This document shows positions 17,266 through 25,786 of a stretch of DNA of 32,000 bases, piece after piece. Source of the stretch: Gemmata obscuriglobus (GTDB lineage Bacteria; Planctomycetota; Planctomycetia; Gemmatales; Gemmataceae); contig NZ_CP042911.1 of NCBI RefSeq assembly GCF_008065095.1, forward strand, positions 8,760,001 to 8,792,000, in the 5' to 3' direction. Below the pieces are notes generated by a model. That model did not search any database. It was not told where the DNA came from and was given only the letters and a program-made list of their open reading frames with translations. The first letter of the stretch is position 1; each line of letters begins with the position of its first letter. Position numbers and translations under genes: made by a program.

Positions 17266-18600
17266 ATGAGCACCTGCCAACGGGTCGGCTTCACCCTGGC
17301 GTTGTTGGTCACCGTCGGCAGTTACGGCACCGCCGCCGAGGTGTACGTCTCCCCAACTGGAAGCGACGACGCCACCGGCACCCTGGAACGGCCGTTCGCC
17401 ACCATCCAGCGCGCGCAGGCGGCGGTCGGCCCGGGCGATACCGTCTTCGTCCGCGGCGGCACCTACAAGCTGACCGAATCCGATATCGCCCGGAAGCACC
17501 GGATCTGGGCGTATGTCACCGAGTTGAGCAAGAGCGGCGAGCGTGGCAAACCGATCCGCTACTTCGCGTACAAGGACGAGCGCCCAGTGTTCGACCTGTC
17601 CGCGGTCAAACCGGCCGGGTTGCGGGTGGACGCGTTCTTCGTCAGCGGGTCGTGGGTTCACCTCCGCGGGCTCGAAGTGACCGGGGTGCAAGTGACTGCC
17701 AAAGGGCACACCCAGTCCATCGGGTTCGAGAACGGCGGTAGCCACAACGTGTACGAGCGGCTCACGGTTCGTGACGGGCAAGCGATCGGCTTCTACATCA
17801 CCCGCGGGTCGGACAATTTGGTACTCAACTGCGACGCTCACAACAACCACGACGCCACCTCGGAGGACGGCAAGGGCGGGAACGTGGACGGGTTCGGGTG
17901 CCACCCGCCGAAGGGCGGCACCGGGAACGTGTTCCGCGGGTGCCGCGCTTGGCTCAACAGCGACGACGGGTTCGACTGCATCAGCGCTCACGAGCCGGTC
18001 GTATTTGATCACTGCTGGGCGTTCCGCAACGGGTACTCGGCCAAAGGGGAGCGACTGGCGGACGGGAACGGGTTCAAGGCCGGCGGCTACGGGAGCGCCC
18101 CGGCGGCCCGGCTCCCGGACCCGATTCCCCGGCACGTGGTTCGGTTCTGCCTGGCGGTTGGAAACAAGAACAGCGGGTTCTACGCCAACCACCACCCGGG
18201 CGGGTGCGACTGGGTGAACAACACCGCGTCCCGCAACGGCGCCGACTTCAACATGCTCGGCCGGAAGGCCGACAACACGACGGACGTGGACGGGTACGGA
18301 CACAAGTTGGTCAACAACCTGATTTACCCGCCGCGGCGTGGCGTGGTGCGGATGGACGCGACGAAGTGTGAACTGGCCGGCAACTCGTTCACGCTTGATT
18401 TGAAGCTGACTGACAAGAGCTTCGCAGGGCTGGACGAGGCGGAACTGACCCGTGCTCGCTGGGCGGACGGCGGGTTACCCGACATCAGCCTCCTGCGACC
18501 GGTAGCGGGCGGCCCACTGGTCGGGGCGGGAACGGATGCGGGTGCCCCTGCGAAAGGGGGCGAGAAGCCAAATGTCGGGGCGCTCGACCCGAAACCTTGA
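17266..18600 (+). CDS. Secreted right-handed parallel beta-helix protein (pectate-lyase-like / DUF1565-type N-terminus)
   Basis: ATG 17266 (MSTCQRVGFTLALLVTVGSYGTAAEVYVSPTGSDDATGTLERPFATIQRAQ...). Repeated beta-helix rungs: NVDGFGCH, SDDGFDCI, GNGFKAGG. Confidence 0.82.
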   Translation: MSTCQRVGFTLALLVTVGSYGTAAEVYVSPTGSDDATGTLERPFATIQRAQAAVGPGDTVFVRGGTYKLTESDIARKHRIWAYVTELSKSGERGKPIRYFAYKDERPVFDLSAVKPAGLRVDAFFVSGSWVHLRGLEVTGVQVTAKGHTQSIGFENGGSHNVYERLTVRDGQAIGFYITRGSDNLVLNCDAHNNHDATSEDGKGGNVDGFGCHPPKGGTGNVFRGCRAWLNSDDGFDCISAHEPVVFDHCWAFRNGYSAKGERLADGNGFKAGGYGSAPAARLPDPIPRHVVRFCLAVGNKNSGFYANHHPGGCDWVNNTASRNGADFNMLGRKADNTTDVDGYGHKLVNNLIYPPRRGVVRMDATKCELAGNSFTLDLKLTDKSFAGLDEAELTRARWADGGLPDISLLRPVAGGPLVGAGTDAGAPAKGGEKPNVGALDPKP

Positions 18601-18667
18601 GCGGACGGCGAGGACCTGGGCTCAGTACCGATTCAGTCCAAAGCGACACACGACCGTGGCTGTATGT

Positions 18668-19069
18668 TTAATCGCGGCCCCCGCTGAGCCGCTCGACCAC
18701 CAGGGCAAGTTCGATCGGGTCGGCCGGCTTCAGTAAGAACGCCGCCGCACCCGCCGCCAGGGCCGCGCGCCGAATGCTACCGGCCGTGTGCCCCGTCACC
18801 ACGACGACCGCCGGCGCTTTCGGTAACCGCCGCACCCGGCTCACGAACTCGCACCCGTCACCGTCCGTCAGGTCCAGGTCGGTCACGAGTACGGAGGGTC
18901 GGATTTCGGCCACCGAGCTGATGACCGCGTCCGCGGAGTGCGCCTCGCGGGCATCGAACCCGTTGAGCCGTAACACGGCGGTCAGACTGGCCGAGTCGTC
19001 TGGAGCGCCGGCGGCGACCAGAACCCGCGCCCCGCCCAGCGGGCGCATGACGAGGTCCGTGGCGGTCAT
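18668..19069 (-). CDS. Stand-alone response-regulator receiver (CheY-like) protein
   Basis: RVLVAAGAPDDS (acidic pocket), VLVTDLDLTDGDG (phospho-Asp), VVVVTGH, FLLKP. GGAGG lies 5 nt upstream of ATG 19069. Confidence 0.85.
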   Translation of the reverse strand: MTATDLVMRPLGGARVLVAAGAPDDSASLTAVLRLNGFDAREAHSADAVISSVAEIRPSVLVTDLDLTDGDGCEFVSRVRRLPKAPAVVVVTGHTAGSIRRAALAAGAAAFLLKPADPIELALVVERLSGGRD

Positions 19070-19236
19070 GTCGACCTCCGCGTGAGTGTGACGGGCCGTG
19101 CGTGAGCGAGAATACCGCCCGACGCACCGTTCCTTAAGTCGAATAGCACCGAAAATTCTACCACCTCACGGTCGCCGAGTACACCCCGCCCGATTGTTGC
19201 CCCTTTCTGCGTTCGATCGGTCGCACGGCGTCCTGC

Positions 19237-19770
19237 TCAGCGGCACCGGATGCCGTGGTACTCGAGCGGGAACTCGTAATCTTTGCGCAACGGGTGCCCC
19301 ACCCAGTCGTCGTTGAGCAGGATGCGCACGAGGTTCGGGTGCCCGGTGAAGAACACCCCCACGAGATCGTACACCTCGCGCTCGTGCCAGTCGGCGGTCT
19401 TCCACACGCCGGCCACGCTCGGCACTTCCGGCAGCTGTCCGGGTTGGTCGCTCTTCCAGCGCGGCAGCACCAGTTTGAGCGTGAACCGGCGCCCCGGGAA
19501 CGCGAAGCTCGACAGGTGGTAAAGCACTTCGACGTGCGGCTCGAACCCGGCTTTCGCCACCTTCTTCGGGTCCGGTTCGAGGTAATCGACCCCGGTGATG
19601 TCGTTGAGCAGCGCGAATTTCAACCGCGGGTCGTCGCGCAGGAACACGCACACGTTCACCAGTTCCGCGGGCTCGACCGTAACGAACGGATCGAGCGCGT
19701 CGGCCTTCGCGCCGGTGATCACAGAGCCGAACTGCGATTGCAGCAGTGCGATGGTTTCGCTGGCGGTCAT
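19237..19770 (-). CDS. nuoC: NADH-quinone oxidoreductase (complex I) subunit C
   Basis: ATG 19770 ([15 protein letters not shown]...). Motifs: [44 protein letters not shown] and the EFPLEYHG-type C-terminus. Confidence 0.92.
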   Translation of the reverse strand: MTASETIALLQSQFGSVITGAKADALDPFVTVEPAELVNVCVFLRDDPRLKFALLNDITGVDYLEPDPKKVAKAGFEPHVEVLYHLSSFAFPGRRFTLKLVLPRWKSDQPGQLPEVPSVAGVWKTADWHEREVYDLVGVFFTGHPNLVRILLNDDWVGHPLRKDYEFPLEYHGIRCR

Positions 19771-19844
19771 GTGGCGGCTCCGGAGCGGTTCCCGACATCG
19801 TACCGGACCGCGGGGGCGGTTAGAATAGCCGGTGGAGGACACCC

Positions 19845-20594
19845 ATGCCGCTGCGCGACCATTTCCGCCCGCCGCTCGCCGATAAACGCCGCTGGGACGT
19901 CCTTCACGGGCAATGGCCCGCGATGATCGTGCAGCGCCTGTTCCCGCTGCTGCCGGAGCGGTTCTACGCCGGCCCGAGCGTCCACCTCAGTCACTCGTTC
20001 GAGGTCGACATCGGCGCGATGGACGAAGGAGACGCTGAACCGAGCGACTCAAGCGCGTACCAGGACTCGGGGGGAGGGGTGGCAGTCCAGGCGCGGCCGA
20101 CCGTCACTCCGGCGCCAACGCTCACCGTCGAAACCGAATGGCCCGACCAGGAAGAGTACGAGGTTCGCATATACGACGAGGACCGCGGCGGCCGGTTGGT
20201 TGCCGCGGTCGAGATCGTGAGCCCGGCCAACAAGGACCGGCCCGAGAGTCGTAAGGCGTTCGTCGCCAAGTGCGCCGCCATGCTCCAGCAGGACGTGTGC
20301 GTGTCGATCGTGGATGTGGTCACGGTCAAGCAGTTCAACCTGTACGCGGAACTGATGGAGTTGCTCGACAGGACTGACCCCGCACTGAAACCGGAACCGC
20401 CATCGGTGTACGCCGTAACGCTTCGTGGGCGAAAGCGACCCAAGAAAAAATCGCAGCTCGATGTCTGGTTCTATCCGCTGGTTATCGGTCAACCGCTGCC
20501 GGCGCTGCCGTTGTGGCTCGATGCTAACCTTTCCGTCATGCTCGACCTCGAAGGCAGTTACGAGGACGCGTGCCGGGTGCTGCGGATCGCGTAA
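19845..20594 (+). CDS. DUF4058-family protein (Uma2/PD-(D/E)XK-like core suspected)
   Basis: [11 protein letters not shown]... N-terminus, the EIVSPANK motif and a length of about 250 aa are typical of DUF4058. GGAGGA lies 6 nt before the ATG. Confidence 0.82.
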   Translation: MPLRDHFRPPLADKRRWDVLHGQWPAMIVQRLFPLLPERFYAGPSVHLSHSFEVDIGAMDEGDAEPSDSSAYQDSGGGVAVQARPTVTPAPTLTVETEWPDQEEYEVRIYDEDRGGRLVAAVEIVSPANKDRPESRKAFVAKCAAMLQQDVCVSIVDVVTVKQFNLYAELMELLDRTDPALKPEPPSVYAVTLRGRKRPKKKSQLDVWFYPLVIGQPLPALPLWLDANLSVMLDLEGSYEDACRVLRIA

Positions 20595-20852
20595 GCCCGT
20601 CCCGTTTCGAGTCGTTGGTTGTGCGCCACCCGCCCGCTGACGCAGGCGGGTGGCGCCTGGGCGTGTTCCGATCAGGCGATTGATCTCGTCACGCCTATTG
20701 CCAACTTGAAACGACTGGGTTCGGCTCGTTACGCAACAGAAAAGCGGGTCCGCTCCAACTTCGGCCGGCGGCGTCTTGCGTCCGCGTGCCCCGGCGCTCA
20801 CACTGAAGCGCTCTCCGACTCGGAACCCGCACACCGGAACCTGGAACCGCTC

Positions 20853-21824
20853 ATGGCTGACCCGATCACGATTGCGACCTGGCCGTTCGGTAAGACCGCC
20901 GTCGAGGCCGCAATGAAGGAACTGGCGAAGGGGGCACCCGCCCTTGATGCGGCACTCGCCGGGGCGCAGGCGGTTGAGGACGACACCAGCATCCGCAACT
21001 CGGTCGGGTTCGGGAGCATCCCGGACCGACTCGGGCGGCTCACGCTCGACGCCTGCGTGATGGACGGCCGCACCCTCGCGTGCGGGTCGGTGGCGTGCGT
21101 CGAGCACATCCGGCACCCGGCGGCGCTGGCCCGGCGCGTGATGGAGAAGACCCCGCACGTCATGCTGGTGGGCGAGGGCGCGAAGTGGTTCGCGCTCCAG
21201 CAGGGGTTCCCGCTGGAGATGCCGTACACCGCCGAGAGCATCAAAGAGTTCCTCGACGCGCACCCCGATAAGAAAAAAGACGCCCCCGCGGGCAACGCGC
21301 CCGCGCGGCGCGACGGCGCCTCCGACATTACCCTCCAATGGGGCTCCCAACCCGCCCCCGCGCCGGGGTCCGAGTTCGACCACGACACCGTGACCGTGCT
21401 GGCGCTGGACAAGAAGGGGCACCTCGGCGGGGTCTGCACGACGAGCGGGCTGGGGTACAAGCTCCCGGGGCGGGTGGGCGACTCGCCGATCATCGGCGCC
21501 GGGCTGTACGTCGACGACCTCGCCGGCGCCGCGGGCGCGACGGGCGTGGGCGAAGAGATCATCCGCATCGGCGGCAGCCTGTTCATCGCCGAACTGCTCC
21601 GCGCCGGCAAGACGCCACAGGAGGCGTGCGAGCTGGCCTGCAAGCGGGCAAACGCCGCCGCGGGCCGGCGCGGCGTTCACCCGGCGCGCGTGGCGTTCCT
21701 CGCCCTCGACCCGAAGGGGAACGTCGGCGCGGCCTGCACCGAAAAGGCGGCGTTCAAGTACGCCGTCGCTCGCGGCGATAAGGTGGAACTGCTCACGGCC
21801 AAAGAGATCGGGCCGACCGCGTAG
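20853..21824 (+). CDS. Ntn-hydrolase of the asparaginase-2 family (isoaspartyl peptidase / glycosylasparaginase-like)
   Basis: ATG 20853 (MADPITIATWPFG...). HDTVTVLALD is followed by the autoprocessing/nucleophile motif CTTSGLGYKLPGRVGDSPIIGAG. The track ORF start at 20619 looks like a non-coding extension. Confidence 0.88.
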   Translation: MADPITIATWPFGKTAVEAAMKELAKGAPALDAALAGAQAVEDDTSIRNSVGFGSIPDRLGRLTLDACVMDGRTLACGSVACVEHIRHPAALARRVMEKTPHVMLVGEGAKWFALQQGFPLEMPYTAESIKEFLDAHPDKKKDAPAGNAPARRDGASDITLQWGSQPAPAPGSEFDHDTVTVLALDKKGHLGGVCTTSGLGYKLPGRVGDSPIIGAGLYVDDLAGAAGATGVGEEIIRIGGSLFIAELLRAGKTPQEACELACKRANAAAGRRGVHPARVAFLALDPKGNVGAACTEKAAFKYAVARGDKVELLTAKEIGPTA

Positions 21825-21971
21825 CGCGTTCCCGTTTTGGGACCGGCGGCCGGCCGGGGCCTTCGCCCCGGGCGAGGGCCGAAATCGGTAATCCGCGCGC
21901 CGCGGGCTCAACGCCGCGGCCGCTCTGGTAGAATTCATTCGTCGCGTCCGACGGCGGGAAGGGGAACGGGG

Positions 21972-23084
21972 ATGTCGTTGGTGGTGCGGTGCCCGGGGTG
22001 CGGTGGTGCGTCGCGGGTGGACTCCGGCGCGCTCGGCCAGATGGTCGGGTGCCCGCGGTGCCATCTGCCGTTTGTTGCGTCCGAGGACGCGCCGGTTTCC
22101 GCGCCACCGCTCGCGCCGGCGCGGAGGTCGGTGCGTGCGAACCGGCCGCGGGCCGCCGCCGCGATCCCCATCGCGCCGCCCCGCGAGCGGCTCAACGGCT
22201 CGCCGGTCGCGCCGCAGGCGCGCCAGGCCCCGGACCACGAGCACGACCCCGTCACCAAGCACGCGACGGTCGGGCTGCCGCTGTCGGTGATGGTCGGGTT
22301 CGCGCTGATGCCGTTCGCCATCCCGCTCCTGTGGCTGCTCGGGCCGACGGTCACCGGGTTCGACGCGGCGGTGTCGATCGCGGTGCCCGCGTCGCTCTCG
22401 CTCGCGGCGGCGGCCCTGTGCCTGGGCATCGTGTACACCATCGACTGGACCGGCACCACGCGGCTCAAGGGCGTGTTGATACTGGTGGGCCTCGCGTACC
22501 TGTCCGCGGCCGGGCTGTACTTCCTGAAACCGGCTCTGGTGGCGCGGCTGCAAACGACGTTCGCGCTGCCGGCGGTGTGGTTCCCCATCACGGCCGAACC
22601 GAACGGCGAGTACTACGTCAAGATGCCCGGCGCGCCGGGCGAGGTCCGAGTGGACCCGGTCGCGGGCATCGACTGGAAGCTCGGGCGGGGCGTCGACCGG
22701 GAGACGTACACGAACAACGGCCCGAAGACCTACCATTACGTGTTCGCGGTGAGCAGAGCCCCGCAGCCGCAAGCGCTGGCCCCCGACGACGCCTGGTTCG
22801 CGAGCTTCGGCCGCCACCTGGCCGACAGCACGAAGGGCCGGATCGTGCGCGACGAGGCGAAGCGCACGGTCGACAACCACCCCGGTCGCGAGTGGGAGCT
22901 GAGGCTGCCCGACGGCGAGACGGTGCGCATCGTGCGCGTCTACGCGGTCCAGGGCCGCATCTACTACCTGTCGGTCGAAGGGCCGGACCTGGCGCCCGGC
23001 GAGCAGCTGTCGGCGTTCTTCCTCGACTCGTTCGCACGCGCCCCCGGCCCCGACCCCGGCCCGCAGAAAAAGGGCCGGCGGTGA
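21972..23084 (+). CDS. Hypothetical membrane protein: N-terminal zinc ribbon (CPGC..CPRC), about 3 TM helices, unknown C-terminal domain
   Basis: ATG 21972 (MSLVVRCPGCGGASRVDSGALGQMVGCPRCHLPF...). Hydrophobic segments: LPLSVMVGFALMPFAIPLLWLLGP, VSIAVPASLSLAAAALCLGIVY, VLILVGLAYLSAAGLYFL. Coding-like third-position bias. Confidence 0.72.
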   Translation: MSLVVRCPGCGGASRVDSGALGQMVGCPRCHLPFVASEDAPVSAPPLAPARRSVRANRPRAAAAIPIAPPRERLNGSPVAPQARQAPDHEHDPVTKHATVGLPLSVMVGFALMPFAIPLLWLLGPTVTGFDAAVSIAVPASLSLAAAALCLGIVYTIDWTGTTRLKGVLILVGLAYLSAAGLYFLKPALVARLQTTFALPAVWFPITAEPNGEYYVKMPGAPGEVRVDPVAGIDWKLGRGVDRETYTNNGPKTYHYVFAVSRAPQPQALAPDDAWFASFGRHLADSTKGRIVRDEAKRTVDNHPGREWELRLPDGETVRIVRVYAVQGRIYYLSVEGPDLAPGEQLSAFFLDSFARAPGPDPGPQKKGRR

Positions 23085-23118
23085 TTCGACCGTTACACCC
23101 GAACGGAACCGCCTCTCA

Positions 23119-24390
23119 ATGCAAGTTCGCGCGCTGCCCGTGCTCCAGAACTGGGACTGCCACTCGTGCGGCGACTGCTGCCGCTCCTACGCCGTGCCCG
23201 TGACCGCAGAGGAGGGGCGCCGGATCGAGGCGCAGGGCTGGGAGCGGTTGCCCGAGTTCCAGGGCGTACCGTACTTCGTGAAGCGGAACGGCGAGTTCTA
23301 CCTCAACCACCGCGCCGACGGCGGGTGCGTGTTCCTGGGCGCCGACAAGCTGTGCCGCATCCACGGGCAGTTCGGCGCCGCCGCCAAGCCGCTCGCGTGC
23401 CGCATCTACCCGTTCCTGCTCGTGCCCGCCGGCGACCACTGGAACTTCGGGCTGCGGCTCGCTTGCCCCTCGGCCGCCGAAAACAAGGGCCGGCCGCTGA
23501 GCGCGCAGGCCGGCGACGCCCGCCAGTACGCCGACTTCTTCGAATCGACCGCGGCCAAAGGCTCGCTCGACGGGCCGCCCCCGCCGCTGTACGGGAACCA
23601 GTGGGTGGGCTGGGGCGACGTGGGCCGGATCGCGACCGCGTTCTCGAAACTGCTCGCGAACGGGGCGGACCCGTTCGAGCGGCGCTGGCGCAAGGTGCTG
23701 TTCGTCGTGTCGATGCTGCGGAAGGCCAAATTCGACGGCGGGGGCGACCCGAAAAAAGCGGTGGTCGGTGGGCGGCTCAGCGAGCTGCTCCATGTGCTCG
23801 GGACGGCGGCCGAAGAGGAGGAGCCGGCGGAACCGGGCGAGGTGTCACGCCCGGGGTGGGTGGGCCGAACCGTGTTCCGGCAGTTGGTGGCGCTCTTCGC
23901 ACGCAAGGACCACGGCGCCGAGAAGGGCGAGGCGCAGCGCGGCCCGGTGCGGCGGTTCGCTTCGGCGGTGCGGTTCGCGACCGGGCGGGGGCGGGTTCCG
24001 AAGGTCCACGCGGTCCTCACCGACGGCGCCACGTTCGCAGCGGGCGAGCGCCCTCTGGGTGCGCTCGGCGCGGACGCGGTCGCGCTCCTGACCCGCTGGC
24101 ACCGCCTCAAGGTGGAATCGCTCCAGTTCTGCGGCGCGCCGAACTTCGGCCTCTCGGTGTGGGACGGGATCGAGTCGCTCGCGCTAACGTTCCCGGCGGC
24201 GATGTGGCTCGCCCGGGTGCTGGTCGCGGGCGGAACGGAACCGGGCGCGGCCGTCACACAGGCGGTGCGAATGGTGGACGACAACTTCGGGTTCAACCCG
24301 CTGCTCGGTTCGGCCCGCCAAAAATTCGCGCTCCGGTTGATCGCGGCCCGCGGCGACCTGCCGAAATTGGTCGCGTGGTACGGCCGCTGA
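23119..24390 (+). CDS. YkgJ-family (CxxCxxCC, PF03692-type) cysteine-cluster protein with a roughly 300-aa C-terminal extension
   Basis: WDCHSCGDCCRSY, then GGCVFLGADKLCRIHG and LACRIYPF. It starts 34 nt after the preceding gene. Confidence 0.8.
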   Translation: MQVRALPVLQNWDCHSCGDCCRSYAVPVTAEEGRRIEAQGWERLPEFQGVPYFVKRNGEFYLNHRADGGCVFLGADKLCRIHGQFGAAAKPLACRIYPFLLVPAGDHWNFGLRLACPSAAENKGRPLSAQAGDARQYADFFESTAAKGSLDGPPPPLYGNQWVGWGDVGRIATAFSKLLANGADPFERRWRKVLFVVSMLRKAKFDGGGDPKKAVVGGRLSELLHVLGTAAEEEEPAEPGEVSRPGWVGRTVFRQLVALFARKDHGAEKGEAQRGPVRRFASAVRFATGRGRVPKVHAVLTDGATFAAGERPLGALGADAVALLTRWHRLKVESLQFCGAPNFGLSVWDGIESLALTFPAAMWLARVLVAGGTEPGAAVTQAVRMVDDNFGFNPLLGSARQKFALRLIAARGDLPKLVAWYGR

Positions 24391-24488
24391 ATCGAATGCG
24401 GAACCCGGAGTTCGGAATGCGGAGTTGAAGACAAAACAGCAGGCAAAGAAGCGGCTCCCTTCTGGTGTTCCATTCCGCATTCGATTCA
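24388..24488. repeat. Perfect 16-bp inverted repeat (TGAATCGAATGCGGAA / TTCCGCATTCGATTCA) with a 69-nt loop; probable bidirectional terminator or small palindromic element
   Basis: Arms at 24388-24403 and 24473-24488. Each arm begins with the TGA stop of one of the two convergent genes. An extra partial copy GGAATGCGGAG sits at 24414-24424. Confidence 0.6.
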
Positions 24489-25370
24489 CTGGTCAACGTC
24501 GAACTGCACGAGCCGGCCGTCGGCGGTGCCGCACACACCGGCGGAGCCGTCGGCGGTGAAGGCGAGGCACGTCAGCGGACCGCAGTTCCAGTCGTACTCA
24601 CGAACCACCGTCCAGGTCGCGGGCGACCAGAACTTCAACCGGCCGTCGTCCCCGGCGGTCGCGAACAGGTCCGCGCCCGGGCTGAACGCCGCGTCCCGGA
24701 ACGTGGCGTGGACCGTGGGGCCGCGCTTGCTCGTGCCGGTCGCGATGTCGATCACGTGGAACTGGTCGTCCCAGCCGAACGTACACGTCCGGCTGGCGCG
24801 GTCGAACGACACGAAGTTGGGGCTGCCTCCGCTCCGCAACGCGCGGGCCGCGGGGTAGCTGTAGTCGATGCCCCCGGACACCGCGAACCGCAGCTCGAAC
24901 CCGTGGCGCCAGACGCCCGCCAGGAACTGCCCGTTCGGGCTGAACGCGAGCCGGTGGAGCGGGGGCCAGAATTCGAACCCGGGCGCGGGCTTCAGCGTGG
25001 GCAGGGACCACAGCACGAGCCGCGCACGGTTGGGGCGGCCGTCGGTGGCCGCGGCCAGCAACCGGCCGTCCGGGGACACCGCGACGCCGCCCGCGAACTT
25101 GTCCGATCGGTCGCCCCAACCGTGCGCGGGCGACGAGCCGACGCCGTACAGACGTAACTGCCCTCCGGTAGCGACGTGGGCCGCCCAGGCACCCGTCGGA
25201 CCGAACACCACCGGTCCGGCACCGGCGCTGCGCGGCACGTCCGACATCTGCTCACCAGTTGCCCAATCGAACAGGGCGAGCCCACGTTCCCCGGACACCG
25301 CCATGCGCCGCCCGTCCGGAGACACCGCGGTCGCCTGTACCGCGCCCAGCCCCGTTTCGATCACGCGCAT
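24486..25370 (-). CDS. WD40 / beta-propeller repeat protein
   Basis: Repeating units of the type AVSPDGR..A..G.DG.L.LW, for example AVSPDGRRMAVSG, AVSPDGRLLAAATDG, AFSPNGQFLAG, AFSPGADLFATAGDDGRLKFW and AFTADGSAGVCGTADGRLVQF. Confidence 0.8.
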   Translation of the reverse strand: MRVIETGLGAVQATAVSPDGRRMAVSGERGLALFDWATGEQMSDVPRSAGAGPVVFGPTGAWAAHVATGGQLRLYGVGSSPAHGWGDRSDKFAGGVAVSPDGRLLAAATDGRPNRARLVLWSLPTLKPAPGFEFWPPLHRLAFSPNGQFLAGVWRHGFELRFAVSGGIDYSYPAARALRSGGSPNFVSFDRASRTCTFGWDDQFHVIDIATGTSKRGPTVHATFRDAAFSPGADLFATAGDDGRLKFWSPATWTVVREYDWNCGPLTCLAFTADGSAGVCGTADGRLVQFDVDQ

Positions 25371-25515
25371 AGAGCCCGCCCGGAACTCGAGACGTCACAC
25401 ATCAGGTTCCATGCTACCACGGGGCCGCTCGTGTTGCCTGTGGAGGACGGCAGATGTGAGGCCGGACGTCTCGGTTGGAATCCAGGGGACCGGCGACCCG
25501 ATTGTTGTTGGGAAG

Positions 25516-25558
25516 GGCGGGAGAAAGCGCGCTGCTCCCGCCGACTTGTCGGCGGGAG
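25516..25558 (-). terminator. Alternative 8-bp GC hairpins downstream of the DUF1559 / mini-ORF pair
   Basis: GGCGGGAG (25516-23), CTCCCGCC (25535-42) and GGCGGGAG (25551-58). On the minus strand this reads CTCCCGCC-gacaagtc-GGCGGGAG followed by cagcgcgcTTT. Confidence 0.4.
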
Positions 25559-25597
25559 CGGGTGCGGAGGTTGCCGGCCCTGCGGTCGCGGCCGCGA

Positions 25598-25786
25598 TCA
25601 CTCCATCTTGTTGCCGCCGGGTGGGACGTTCTTCGGCGTTTTCGGCTGGACCCGTGGTTGTACCGCTTGCTGTCCCTGCGCGGGTGGTGGCGACGGCGGG
25701 GGCGGTTGTTCCCCCCCACAGCCGCAGGCCAGTGCGCCGTACAGCAGGAGGGCGCCCGCCCGCACCGGGGCGCGGTTAGAAGTCAT
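25598..25786 (-). CDS. Small (62 aa) Pro-rich lipoprotein-like ORF overlapping the end of the DUF1559 gene
   Basis: MTSNRAPVRAGALLLYGALACGCGG... (signal plus Cys), then a PPPPSPPP-rich tail. ATG 25786 lies 11 nt inside the upstream gene, which suggests coupling. Confidence 0.45.
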   Translation of the reverse strand: MTSNRAPVRAGALLLYGALACGCGGEQPPPPSPPPAQGQQAVQPRVQPKTPKNVPPGGNKME

